A stretch of DNA of 26,559 bases from Fidelibacterota bacterium (GTDB taxonomy: Bacteria; Fidelibacterota; Fidelibacteria; Fidelibacterales; Fidelibacteraceae), in the NCBI GenBank assembly GCA_034723415.1, contig JAYEOX010000081.1, positions 16,741 through 43,299 on the forward strand. Reading direction: 5' to 3'. The notes under the pieces were generated by a model, which was not told the DNA's origin, did not search any database, and saw only the letters and a list, made by a program, of their open reading frames with translations. The number at the start of each line of letters is the position of its first letter. Position 1 is the stretch's first letter. A program made the translations under genes and the position numbers. Below, in pieces: positions 18,167 to 26,559 of this stretch.

Positions 18167-19436
18167 TACAAATTTTATTGTCAAAATAATTGGTTTTTTA
18201 ATTTTAATTGTTTTGTCCGGATTATTCTCAAGCAGTGAAACTGCCTTTTTAAACTCACAAAAACAGGAATTAAAAAACTTTTCACACAACGGCCATAAAA
18301 AAGCAGAATATGTTCTAAAACTAATTCAAACACCGAAATATTTATTGATCTCTATTTTAATTGGCAATACTATTGTAAACATATCGATTTCAGTTTTATC
18401 TGCAATTATTGCCTATGATATTGCCGTAAGTTTTTCATTGGGGAAAGTTGGAATAGTATTAATCCAGATTATTGTTTTAACATTTGTCATCCTGATCTTC
18501 GGTGAAATATTACCGAAAATAATTGCTATTCGTTCATCAACTAAACATAGTATGAGAATGAGTACTTTTGTCAAGACCCTATATATAATATTTTGGCCAT
18601 TAACCTGGCTTTTTTATCACTTAACCAACTCAATTAAATTAATATTTAGCGTTAAAGGTGAAAACATAATCAAGACGGAAGAAGATTTTCATACACTTAT
18701 AGAAATTGGTGAAAATAGGGGGACAATAAAGAAAAAAGAAAAGGAAATGATAAAATCTTTGATGAAATTTTCTGATACCGTTGTAAGAGAAATAATGGTA
18801 CCACGCCCCGACATTCAAGCAATAAATATTAATAAAGGGTTATCTTATGCTTTAGAATTTATTAAAAAACAATCCTATTCAAAATTCCCTGTATATAAAA
18901 ACGATCTTGATAATATGACCGGGTTTATTTTTACTAAAGATGCGTTACCATATATTGACAATGACAATATCAACATTTCATTAAATTCTATCATCAGACC
19001 TATTTTTTATGTGCCTGAAAGCAAAAAGGTCTCCAAAATGCTTCGTGAATTTCAAGATAAAAAAACAAAAATTGCAATTGTCATTGATGAATTTGGTGGA
19101 ACCAGCGGAATGATCACACTTGAGGATATTTTAGAAGAAATATTAGGTGAAATTCAAGATGAAAATGATAACGAAACAGCTCCAATAAAACATTTAAATA
19201 ATGGAAATATTTTGGTTAATGCAAGTATAAACTTAGAAGATTTAAGTAAAGAATTATCAATATCCTTTCCGAAAGAAAAAGATTATGACACATTGGCTGG
19301 ATTCATTATGGATAAATTAAATAAAATTCCAAAGATGTCAGATGAATTCATTTACGATAATTATAAATTTATAGTGGACAAAATGCTAAAGCGACGAATA
19401 ATAAATGTTAAGATTAAATCTACAAAACAATCATAA
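18156..19436 (+). CDS. CNNM/CorC (hemolysin/GldE-like) Mg2+ transport protein: DUF21 + CBS pair + CorC_HlyC
   Basis: FSSSETAF, ILIGN, FGEILPK, VREIMVPR, VIDEFGGTSG.ITLEDILEEILGEI, DTLAG. Confidence 0.92.
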   Translation: MIIDTNFIVKIIGFLILIVLSGLFSSSETAFLNSQKQELKNFSHNGHKKAEYVLKLIQTPKYLLISILIGNTIVNISISVLSAIIAYDIAVSFSLGKVGIVLIQIIVLTFVILIFGEILPKIIAIRSSTKHSMRMSTFVKTLYIIFWPLTWLFYHLTNSIKLIFSVKGENIIKTEEDFHTLIEIGENRGTIKKKEKEMIKSLMKFSDTVVREIMVPRPDIQAININKGLSYALEFIKKQSYSKFPVYKNDLDNMTGFIFTKDALPYIDNDNINISLNSIIRPIFYVPESKKVSKMLREFQDKKTKIAIVIDEFGGTSGMITLEDILEEILGEIQDENDNETAPIKHLNNGNILVNASINLEDLSKELSISFPKEKDYDTLAGFIMDKLNKIPKMSDEFIYDNYKFIVDKMLKRRIINVKIKSTKQS

Positions 19437-19471
19437 TAATTTAAATAAAATCTAACGACAAATATATTTAA

Positions 19472-19500
19472 TTGTATATTCATTAACAATTTCTTATATT
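19472..19500 (+). promoter_or_regulatory. Putative sigma70 promoter of the ppiD-like gene
   Basis: TTGTAT (19472-19477), 17 nt, TATATT (19495-19500). Confidence 0.45.
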
Positions 19501-19524
19501 ACAGTGAAAAAAAAGGAGATCTTA

Positions 19525-21330
19525 ATGGGTGTAATGAACAGAATGAGAAATAATATGCAAGTGATACTTTTAATAGTTATCGCAGCATTTATAATGACTA
19601 TCATATTCAGTTGGGGTATGGGTGGTTTTAAGGGTAAAAAAGGGCAAAACCTCATCGGTAAAATAAATAGCCAAGAAATTACCGCTAAACAATATTATAA
19701 TGCTCTAAATGAACAGAAAAAAAAGTATCGTGAACAAAAAGGACAAGAGCTATCTTTACAAGAGCAAGAACAGATAAAAGATAGAGTTTGGAAATCAATA
19801 GTAAGTGAAGTTCTATGGCAAAATGAAATAGAAAAACGAGAATTGGCAGCTAATGACGATGAAATTTATTTCTATTTGGAAAACAACCCGCCGGAATTTT
19901 TGCGTGGACATGAAGCATTCCAAACAGATGGTAAATTTGATATGAAGAAATATTTAAAAGCGCTTCATAATCCACAAGGAGATGAATGGGTCCCGGTAGA
20001 AAATTATGCCAGATCGACAATCCCATATATCAAATTAAATAACTTTATCACATCAACTGTCTTTGTCAATGAAACTGATGCATTTGATGAATATTCATAT
20101 AAAAACACTAAATATAATATTAATTCTTTGTTAATACCAATAGATAAATTTGATAATGATTCTGTCGAAATTAATGATAAAGATATTAATAAATATTATG
20201 AAAAAAATAAAAAAGAGAAATATTTTATACCGGAAAAAAGAGTAATTCAGTATAAAGTATGGGACGTTAAACCTTCAAAAGAAGATACTATTTTACTTAG
20301 AAATGATATCGAAGATATTAAATTAAGATATAATGAAGGTGAAAAATTTAAAGATCTGGCTAGGATTTTTTCACAAGGTCCTTCTGCAAAACAAGGTGGT
20401 GATCTAGGATATATTGAAAGTGGCGAAATGGTGCCAAATTTTGAAAAAGCAGCTTTTAATGCCCCTTTAAATAAAATTGTTGGTCCGGTTAAAACCCGTT
20501 TTGGTTATCATTTAATTTTAGTTACAGATAAAAAAGTTGAGGATGGAACTACAAAATTCAAAACATCACATATTTTATTAAAAATAAAACCAGGCCCAAA
20601 TACAATCGATAATATACTAAGCGAAGCTCGTATTTTTAGCTATGATGCAAAAGATTTAGGTTTCCCAAAAGCATTAATAGAACATTCATATAATGCAGAT
20701 ACTACAACCGGCGGTTTCACCCAAGCTTCATTTTTCTTTAAGAGAATTGGTTATTTCCCTTACCTATCGCGATGGGCTTTCAAAAACCCAACTGGGACGG
20801 TCAGTGATCCACTCCAATTAAAAGATAAAATTACTGTCGCTCAAATTCTCGAAGAAATCCCGGAAACACATAAATCAATAGATAAAGTTAAAAGATCAAT
20901 TGTTGTAGAACTTAAAAAAACAGAAAAAAAAGAATTGGCTTCAAAATTAGCTGGAAAAATTTATCAAGAAATTATTAGTAATGATAGTGATTTAAATTTT
21001 GTTGCAAAAAAATATAACAATGTAAAATATTATGAAAACAGTGATTTCTCTCTTGATAATCCACCTGCTCAATTTATGAATAATAATATTTTTACTCGTG
21101 TAATAGAATCTATGCAAAATGGACAAATATCTCCACCAATAGAAACATATAACGGGTATTACATAATAAAGAAAACAAATTCTAATATCAATGAAAATGG
21201 ATTCGAAACAATGAAAAAAACTCAAACTGAACAGCTATTAAGAGAAAAACAAACTGAAGAGATGGGAAAATGGCAAAAACATCTAAAAGAAAAAGGGGAA
21301 ATAAAAGATTATCGTTCTGATTATTTCTAA
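19525..21330 (+). CDS. PpiD/SurA-like membrane-anchored parvulin peptidyl-prolyl isomerase/chaperone
   Basis: M..MR + TM + WGM N-terminus, SurA-like helical region, F..LA...S.GPSA..GGDLG...MV..FE.AAF...PVKTRFGYHLI rotamase domain; AAGGAG Shine-Dalgarno before ATG 19525. Confidence 0.9.
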   Translation: MGVMNRMRNNMQVILLIVIAAFIMTIIFSWGMGGFKGKKGQNLIGKINSQEITAKQYYNALNEQKKKYREQKGQELSLQEQEQIKDRVWKSIVSEVLWQNEIEKRELAANDDEIYFYLENNPPEFLRGHEAFQTDGKFDMKKYLKALHNPQGDEWVPVENYARSTIPYIKLNNFITSTVFVNETDAFDEYSYKNTKYNINSLLIPIDKFDNDSVEINDKDINKYYEKNKKEKYFIPEKRVIQYKVWDVKPSKEDTILLRNDIEDIKLRYNEGEKFKDLARIFSQGPSAKQGGDLGYIESGEMVPNFEKAAFNAPLNKIVGPVKTRFGYHLILVTDKKVEDGTTKFKTSHILLKIKPGPNTIDNILSEARIFSYDAKDLGFPKALIEHSYNADTTTGGFTQASFFFKRIGYFPYLSRWAFKNPTGTVSDPLQLKDKITVAQILEEIPETHKSIDKVKRSIVVELKKTEKKELASKLAGKIYQEIISNDSDLNFVAKKYNNVKYYENSDFSLDNPPAQFMNNNIFTRVIESMQNGQISPPIETYNGYYIIKKTNSNINENGFETMKKTQTEQLLREKQTEEMGKWQKHLKEKGEIKDYRSDYF

Positions 21331-21355
21331 TTTGTTAAAAAAATACTTAGTATAT

Positions 21356-21396
21356 AATAAAAAAACAGTGAAATTTTATTCACTGTTTTTTTTATT
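21356..21396. terminator. Bidirectional intrinsic terminator between convergent ppiD-like gene and ilvE
   Basis: A-tract + CAGTGAA-ATTTTA-TTCACTG + T-tract. Confidence 0.8.
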
Positions 21397-21477
21397 TTGT
21401 TTTTTATTTCGAAATCCAAAATTTTAAAATCTTTGTGCTTATCCATCTCCCCAATGAAAAATATTCAATTTTTCCAA

Positions 21478-22539
21478 TCACCTTACAACAACTGTCCACC
21501 CATGCGTATCTTTAATTTCCCCATATTGAATACCGGTTATAATGTCGTATAATTTTTGTGATTTTTCGCCAATTTTTCTGTCATTCACAATGATTGATCT
21601 ACCTTTATAAAACATCTCTCCAACCGGTGAAATAATTGCGGCGGTACCGATACCAAATGCTTCTTGAAGTTTGCCATTTTCAGATGCTTTTGCTATTTCT
21701 TCAATTTCTATTCTTCTCTCTTCAACTTTCCAACCCAATTCACGGGCAATTGTCAAGGCACTGTAACGAGTTATTCCCGGCAAAATTGTCTTTTGTTCTA
21801 ATGTCGGGGTTACCAAAACATCATCGATAACAAACATCATATTCATTGCCCCAACTTCATCAACATAGCGATGCTCTTTCCCATCCAACCACAATACTTG
21901 AGAAAATCCTTCATCTTTCGCTACCTTAGTTGCATAAACACTTGCGGCATAATTAGCGGCTGCTTTCACTTCACCCAACCCGCCTTCAACAACACGAGAA
22001 AATTCTGTTTCAACTTTGATCTTAATTGGATTTAATCCTTCGGCATAATAGGAAGCAACGGGTGAAGCAATTATCATAAATCTGTATGTAGAAGACGCTT
22101 TTAAACCTAACATTTCATCTGTTGCAATTAAAAATGGTCTTAAATACAGTGATTCTCCCCACTTATCCGGAATCAAATCTTTATCTATTTGTATCAACTC
22201 TTTTAAGCCATTCATAAAATCGTCTTCATTCACTTGAGCCATTGCCATTCTCTTTGCGGATCTGTTCAAACGAGCAATATTATCTTTTGGGCGAAACATA
22301 CGAATCTTTCCATCTACACCTTTAAATGCTTTCATTCCTTCAAATATACTCTGTCCATAATGTAAAGTGATATTTGCCGGGCTCATTGGAAATTTTTCAA
22401 AAGGTACGATTTCCGGTTCTTGCCATTTCCCATTTGTATAATCTTGCATATACATATGATCGGAAAAATACTTTCCAAAAAGCAAATTATCATAATTGAT
22501 TTCTGACTTTCTACTTTTTTTTACTTTTGAAATTTTCAT
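21478..22539 (-). CDS. ilvE: Branched-chain amino acid aminotransferase
   Basis: FG..FSDHM, LHYGQ.IFEG.KA, LYLRP, K.AANY (PLP Lys), LWLD, E.G.MN, ILPGITR, GTAA; GGAGG Shine-Dalgarno. Confidence 0.96.
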   Translation of the reverse strand: MKISKVKKSRKSEINYDNLLFGKYFSDHMYMQDYTNGKWQEPEIVPFEKFPMSPANITLHYGQSIFEGMKAFKGVDGKIRMFRPKDNIARLNRSAKRMAMAQVNEDDFMNGLKELIQIDKDLIPDKWGESLYLRPFLIATDEMLGLKASSTYRFMIIASPVASYYAEGLNPIKIKVETEFSRVVEGGLGEVKAAANYAASVYATKVAKDEGFSQVLWLDGKEHRYVDEVGAMNMMFVIDDVLVTPTLEQKTILPGITRYSALTIARELGWKVEERRIEIEEIAKASENGKLQEAFGIGTAAIISPVGEMFYKGRSIIVNDRKIGEKSQKLYDIITGIQYGEIKDTHGWTVVVR

Positions 22540-22573
22540 CTGACTACCTCCTTTTTAATTCTCTATTTTAAAA

Positions 22574-23200
22574 TTATTTGTTTAATTTGTTATATACATT
22601 TTGAAACAATTTTTCTCTGAAATCTCTATTGTCTATTATATCGTCTTCATTCATGTTTATGGTAAGTGTATTAATTTCACCGGTTTTTTCTAAATTGGCA
22701 ATCCACCTATCATAATGAATGTTCAATAAATGCAAATATTCAAGGTCAATATTCTTTTCATAATCTCTGCCTCTTGCTTTTATATGATCTATCAGAGTAT
22801 CTGTTGAAGCTTTCAAATAAACGATCAAATCAGGTTTTTTTAAATATGAAGTCATCTCATTAAACAGTTCATTATAATTTTCCCAATCACGCTTCTGCAT
22901 ATTTCCAATTTCATAAATACTGCGAGCAAAAATTCGTGCATCTTCGTAAATTGTTCTGTCCTGCACTATAGTATTTGTTAAATTAGAAATTTTCTTCTGT
23001 ACCTGAAATCTCTTTGACAAAAAGAATATCTGTAAATGAAAACTCCACCTTTTCATCTCCTTATAAAAGTCCTCCAAATATGGATTATCAATTACAACTT
23101 CAAAATGTGGATCCCAATTATACTTCTTACATAACATTTCTGTAAATGTCGTCTTTCCAACACCAATATTTCCGGCTATGCCAATATAATAATTTTTCAT
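22574..23200 (-). CDS. Deoxynucleoside kinase (dAK/dGK family)
   Basis: IAGNIGVGKTT P-loop, NPYL.DFY, LQIFFL..RF, QDRTIYED, PDL.VYL, RGRDYE. Confidence 0.93.
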   Translation of the reverse strand: MKNYYIGIAGNIGVGKTTFTEMLCKKYNWDPHFEVVIDNPYLEDFYKEMKRWSFHLQIFFLSKRFQVQKKISNLTNTIVQDRTIYEDARIFARSIYEIGNMQKRDWENYNELFNEMTSYLKKPDLIVYLKASTDTLIDHIKARGRDYEKNIDLEYLHLLNIHYDRWIANLEKTGEINTLTINMNEDDIIDNRDFREKLFQNVYNKLNK

Positions 23201-23209
23201 TATAAAATA

Positions 23210-24535
23210 TTATCCTATTTTGCCTTCTAAATGGTCAACATTTCCATCAATAATATAAACATTTGAAAATTCATTTACGAGTGATTTCTTACTTTTTACC
23301 TCAACCTCAGCCTTAACCTCAGCCTTAGCCTTAACCTTTAAATAATGTTCACTCAATCCGGAAAGAAAAACACCGTCATATTTTTCCCAAAGAACAGATA
23401 CATTTTCCCCAAAAAACTTTTTAATATATTCTGTTTTTAAAATAATTTCAAGTTCTCTAAGTTTTTTACTCCGCCTTTTTTTCAATTTTTCATCTACTTG
23501 ATCGGGCATTTTTGCTGCAGGTGTTCCCTCCTTTCGTGAATATCGGAAAATGTGTAAATGATTAAATCTTACTTTTTTAATAAACTCATATGTTTCATTA
23601 AATAGTTCTTCACTTTCACCCGGAAATCCAACTATTACATCTGTACCAATCGATACATTAGGAATATGCTTTCTAATAAAATTAACTTTTTTGAAAAAAT
23701 CTGCAGTTGAATATCTTCTTCTCATCTTTTTTAAAATTTCATCAGAACCAGATTGCAAAGATAGATGAAAATGCGGAGCGGCTATTTTTGAATTTGCGAT
23801 ATGTAAGATCAATTCATCAGATAGTGAATTTAATTCAATAGATGAAATCCTAATCCTTTTAATTCCATCAATTTTTTCAATCTCTCGAATCAAATCAATT
23901 AACTTTTTCCCTTTATAGAAATATGAACCAATATCTATTCCGGTCAGAACAATTTCCTTAAAGCCATTCTTTACCAGATCCTTAGCTTCATTTACAGAAT
24001 TGGTAAAATTTCTACTCGCCGGTAAACCTCGTGCATAGGGAACAATACAATAACTGCAAAATTTATCGCAGCCGGTTTGAACTTTTAATATCGCTCGCGT
24101 TCTCTCGGTCGTACTTGTAAATTCTTTCTCAAAATATTCATCGCTTTTAATCGTATCAACTGCAATTTTTAAATTATCATCTTCCCCTAATTTTGCCAAA
24201 TTTTCTATTATTTGAAATTTCTCTTTATTCCCAAGTATCATATCGATTTCGGTAATGTTTTTTAACTTTTTCCAATCTACTTGTGAATAACATCCAACTG
24301 CTACTATTTTACCGTCGGGTGAAATTCTCTTTGCCTGTCGAATAATATTGCGACTTTTTTTTGCGGCTCGATTCGTTACGATGCAAGTATTAATAATTGT
24401 GATATCTGATGATTTGCCAAAAGGAATAATTGTAAAACCATTTTGATCGAATTTGTTTCTAATTGCGCTTGTTTCTGCTTGATTTAATTTACAACCAAGT
24501 GTATAAAATGAAACTGTTTTTTGTTCTCCGTCCAT
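23210..24535 (-). CDS. mtaB: tRNA t6A37 methylthiotransferase MtaB
   Basis: TLGCKLNQAE, INTC.VT, GCYSQ, RTRA.LKVQ.GC...CSYC..P.ARG, HLSLQSG, D.IVGFPGE, H.F.YS...GT.A. Confidence 0.94.
   Translation of the reverse strand: MDGEQKTVSFYTLGCKLNQAETSAIRNKFDQNGFTIIPFGKSSDITIINTCIVTNRAAKKSRNIIRQAKRISPDGKIVAVGCYSQVDWKKLKNITEIDMILGNKEKFQIIENLAKLGEDDNLKIAVDTIKSDEYFEKEFTSTTERTRAILKVQTGCDKFCSYCIVPYARGLPASRNFTNSVNEAKDLVKNGFKEIVLTGIDIGSYFYKGKKLIDLIREIEKIDGIKRIRISSIELNSLSDELILHIANSKIAAPHFHLSLQSGSDEILKKMRRRYSTADFFKKVNFIRKHIPNVSIGTDVIVGFPGESEELFNETYEFIKKVRFNHLHIFRYSRKEGTPAAKMPDQVDEKLKKRRSKKLRELEIILKTEYIKKFFGENVSVLWEKYDGVFLSGLSEHYLKVKAKAEVKAEVEVKSKKSLVNEFSNVYIIDGNVDHLEGKIG
23297..23338. repeat. Seven-unit degenerate hexamer tandem repeat inside mtaB
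   Basis: tacctc aacctc agcctt aacctc agcctt agcctt aacctt; encodes KVKAKAEVKAEVEV on the minus strand. Confidence 0.8.
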
Positions 24536-24709
24536 ACTAATAATTTACGATATTTTTATCTTACTTTAAAATACTTTATGAATTATTTAACTCTTTTAAT
24601 GATATTAAACTTCCGAAGATTTGAGAAACATTACCTTTTACATTTCGAAAATTTTATAACGTCTCACAATATAATTTGGGAATTAAAAATTTTCATTGTA
24701 TATTTTTAT

Positions 24710-25516
24710 ATGAAATATAAAAGAATAGTAATCATCTTTGTAATAATATTCTCCTACAGCATAGGAATATCTCAAACTGCTGACAATGACAGAAAAATAA
24801 TAAAAGTTATGACTTTCAATATACTTCATGGTGCTACAACAAATGAAAGCTTCGATTTGGACAGAATTGCTAAAGTAATAATTGATGCTGATCCCGATCT
24901 TGTTTCATTACAGGAAGTTGATTACAAAACGAACAGAACAAAAAAATACGACCTGGCAACTGAGCTTGGTTACAGAACAAAAATGGTTTCACTATTCGCA
25001 AAAGCAATGAGTTTTGATGGTGGAGAATATGGAAATGCTATCTTATCAAAATTTACATTTTTAAAAACCAAAAATGTCACTCTGCCGTTTTCAGAAGGAA
25101 ATGAACCAAGAACCGCCGTCGAAATTATTACCGTCACAAATTCCGGAGATACAATCTCATTTATCGGAACACATTTGAATCACTTGGAAAGTGGAAGTGA
25201 TAGATTGAAGCAAGCCGTAAAAATTAACGAAATATTTTCATCAACAAAATATCCAACAATTTTAGCAGGTGATCTGAACGATATACCAAAAAGTGAAACC
25301 ATAAATATTCTCGAAAAATTTTGGACTTCATCTTATAATAAAGAAAATCCCCAACCGACATTTCCATCAAACGATCCAGAAAGAAAAATCGATTATGTAA
25401 TGTTTTTGCCGGAAAAAAGATGGAAAGTTATAGAAACAAAAGTCATTCAAGATTCAATTGCATCCGACCATTGCAGTTATTTAGTAACACTTGAATTAAT
25501 TGATGAAAATAAATAA
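24710..25516 (+). CDS. Secreted endonuclease/exonuclease/phosphatase (EEP) family protein
   Basis: Signal peptide MKYKRIVIIFVIIFSYSIGISQ from ATG 24710; VMTFNI.HG, LQEVD, YGNAILS, E.R, THL, AGDLN, TFP, IDY, SDH. Confidence 0.9.
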   Translation: MKYKRIVIIFVIIFSYSIGISQTADNDRKIIKVMTFNILHGATTNESFDLDRIAKVIIDADPDLVSLQEVDYKTNRTKKYDLATELGYRTKMVSLFAKAMSFDGGEYGNAILSKFTFLKTKNVTLPFSEGNEPRTAVEIITVTNSGDTISFIGTHLNHLESGSDRLKQAVKINEIFSSTKYPTILAGDLNDIPKSETINILEKFWTSSYNKENPQPTFPSNDPERKIDYVMFLPEKRWKVIETKVIQDSIASDHCSYLVTLELIDENK

Positions 25517-25517
25517 A

Positions 25518-26559
25518 ATGAAGAATAAATCCATTAAATTTTTATCATTAATCAGTTTTTTAATTCTCTTTTTTAAAGTGTCCAATGCAGAAAACATTAC
25601 GATAACAGTTGCAGATTCAACTTACTATACAATTGATAAAGAATTTTATGGAATACAATATCATCGACACACTTTCAATAATGCCAATGCAACCGAAAAA
25701 TTACAAAGTTTGAATTTAGAACGAATTCGCATCTGGGCAAATGTCGATAATTTTCATCCGGATCCAACTACTTGGATGTGGGACAGTTTAGATAAAAAAA
25801 TTGAAGAGATAAAAAATGCTAACTATAAAATAATTGTTGGAATGGATGAGTGCAAAGAGTGGTTTATCGGAAATGCAGATACTGCCTGGTGGAATTATTC
25901 TGAAGGTGTCAACGAATGGAGAAATGCGGTTCACGAATTCATAAATCGCTATAAAAATGACTTAGATATGATAATAATTTTTGATGAGCCAAATACTATT
26001 CAGCCGGAAAAAGATTATTATATGACAGGTCAACAATCCGCTCAACTTTATATTGATGCGGTAAAACAAATTAGAACTGTTGATTCAACGATTTTGTGTG
26101 GCGGACCTTCGGCTTTTGGCGGATGGGGAAATGGACATTGGGCAAAATATGTTTTGGCTGAACCTAATGGAGAAAAATATCTCGACTTCATCTCTTGTAA
26201 TATTTTTCTTTCGTGGGACATAAATGAATCTGATGAGAACATTATGAATAAAACAATTTGGTATGAAGAAGCGCCAATGAAAATTCGGCAAATGTTAGGT
26301 AACAACTATCCGCCACAAATAGTTCTCGATGCTTATAATGCTAGTGCTTTATGGGAAGACGGAACGGACCCGAGAAATACAACTTTATTTGGTGGAATCT
26401 ATAATATCGCAACATTACTTCATAGTGCAAAAGGTGGTTTTGATATTACACTTCGCTGGGAAACACTCGGCGGATTTGGGATTTTAAATTGGTATCCCAA
26501 CTTCAATGAATTGCCACCATATTATGCAATGCAATTTTTAATAAACACCGCAAATCTGA
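25518..26559 (+). CDS. Secreted clan GH-A-like (GH39/GH5-like) TIM-barrel protein; partial, 3' end runs off the window
   Basis: Not in the ORF track; open for 347 codons from ATG 25518. Signal peptide ending VSNA; RIRIW, W.W..LD..I, IIIFDEPN, Y..A.K.IR.VD..I.CGGP, LDFIS, P.YYA. Confidence 0.75.
   Translation, partial: MKNKSIKFLSLISFLILFFKVSNAENITITVADSTYYTIDKEFYGIQYHRHTFNNANATEKLQSLNLERIRIWANVDNFHPDPTTWMWDSLDKKIEEIKNANYKIIVGMDECKEWFIGNADTAWWNYSEGVNEWRNAVHEFINRYKNDLDMIIIFDEPNTIQPEKDYYMTGQQSAQLYIDAVKQIRTVDSTILCGGPSAFGGWGNGHWAKYVLAEPNGEKYLDFISCNIFLSWDINESDENIMNKTIWYEEAPMKIRQMLGNNYPPQIVLDAYNASALWEDGTDPRNTTLFGGIYNIATLLHSAKGGFDITLRWETLGGFGILNWYPNFNELPPYYAMQFLINTANL

Noticed and set aside
24521..24709. 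63-aa N-terminal extension of the EEP ORF in the track
   Set aside because: Overlaps the mtaB start and the divergent promoter region; the signal peptide begins at ATG 24710.
26048..26305. Two short minus-strand ORFs near the right edge
   Set aside because: Antisense to the long open plus-strand GH-A-like frame starting at 25518.

Overview
AT-rich bacterial chromosomal window, mostly housekeeping genes. The QueA type and the ruvB-queA-ispD-ispF-dedA order suggest an FCB-superphylum lineage (Marinimicrobia/KSB1/Ignavibacteria-like); this is inference. Layout: (1) a minus-strand operon of split transketolase, ruvB, queA, ispD, ispF, dedA, gltX and a nitrilase-family gene truncated at the left edge; (2) a plus-strand cluster of DUF4416, HPP membrane protein, DUF2953/YtfI-like, YtfJ/GerW and a Crp/Fnr regulator, convergent with apt; (3) a plus-strand run of zinc-ribbon coiled-coil protein, RNase P RNA (rnpB), recJ, fabH, 7TM-HD (PgpH-like) phosphodiesterase, ybeY, CNNM/CorC and a PpiD-like chaperone, ending at a bidirectional terminator; (4) minus-strand mtaB, deoxynucleoside kinase and ilvE; (5) a secreted EEP phosphoesterase and a secreted clan GH-A-like protein truncated at the right edge and absent from the ORF track. 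I saw no mobile element, CRISPR array, tRNA or rRNA. Best leads: the GH-A-like protein appears to have Ala at the nucleophile position; IspF is of a Chlamydia-like type; the HPP-YtfI-YtfJ-Crp module sits in an apparent non-spore-former; a terminator-containing leader precedes the rnpB operon; several genes look leaderless; mtaB carries an in-frame hexamer repeat. No clearly new multi-gene system can be demonstrated from sequence alone.
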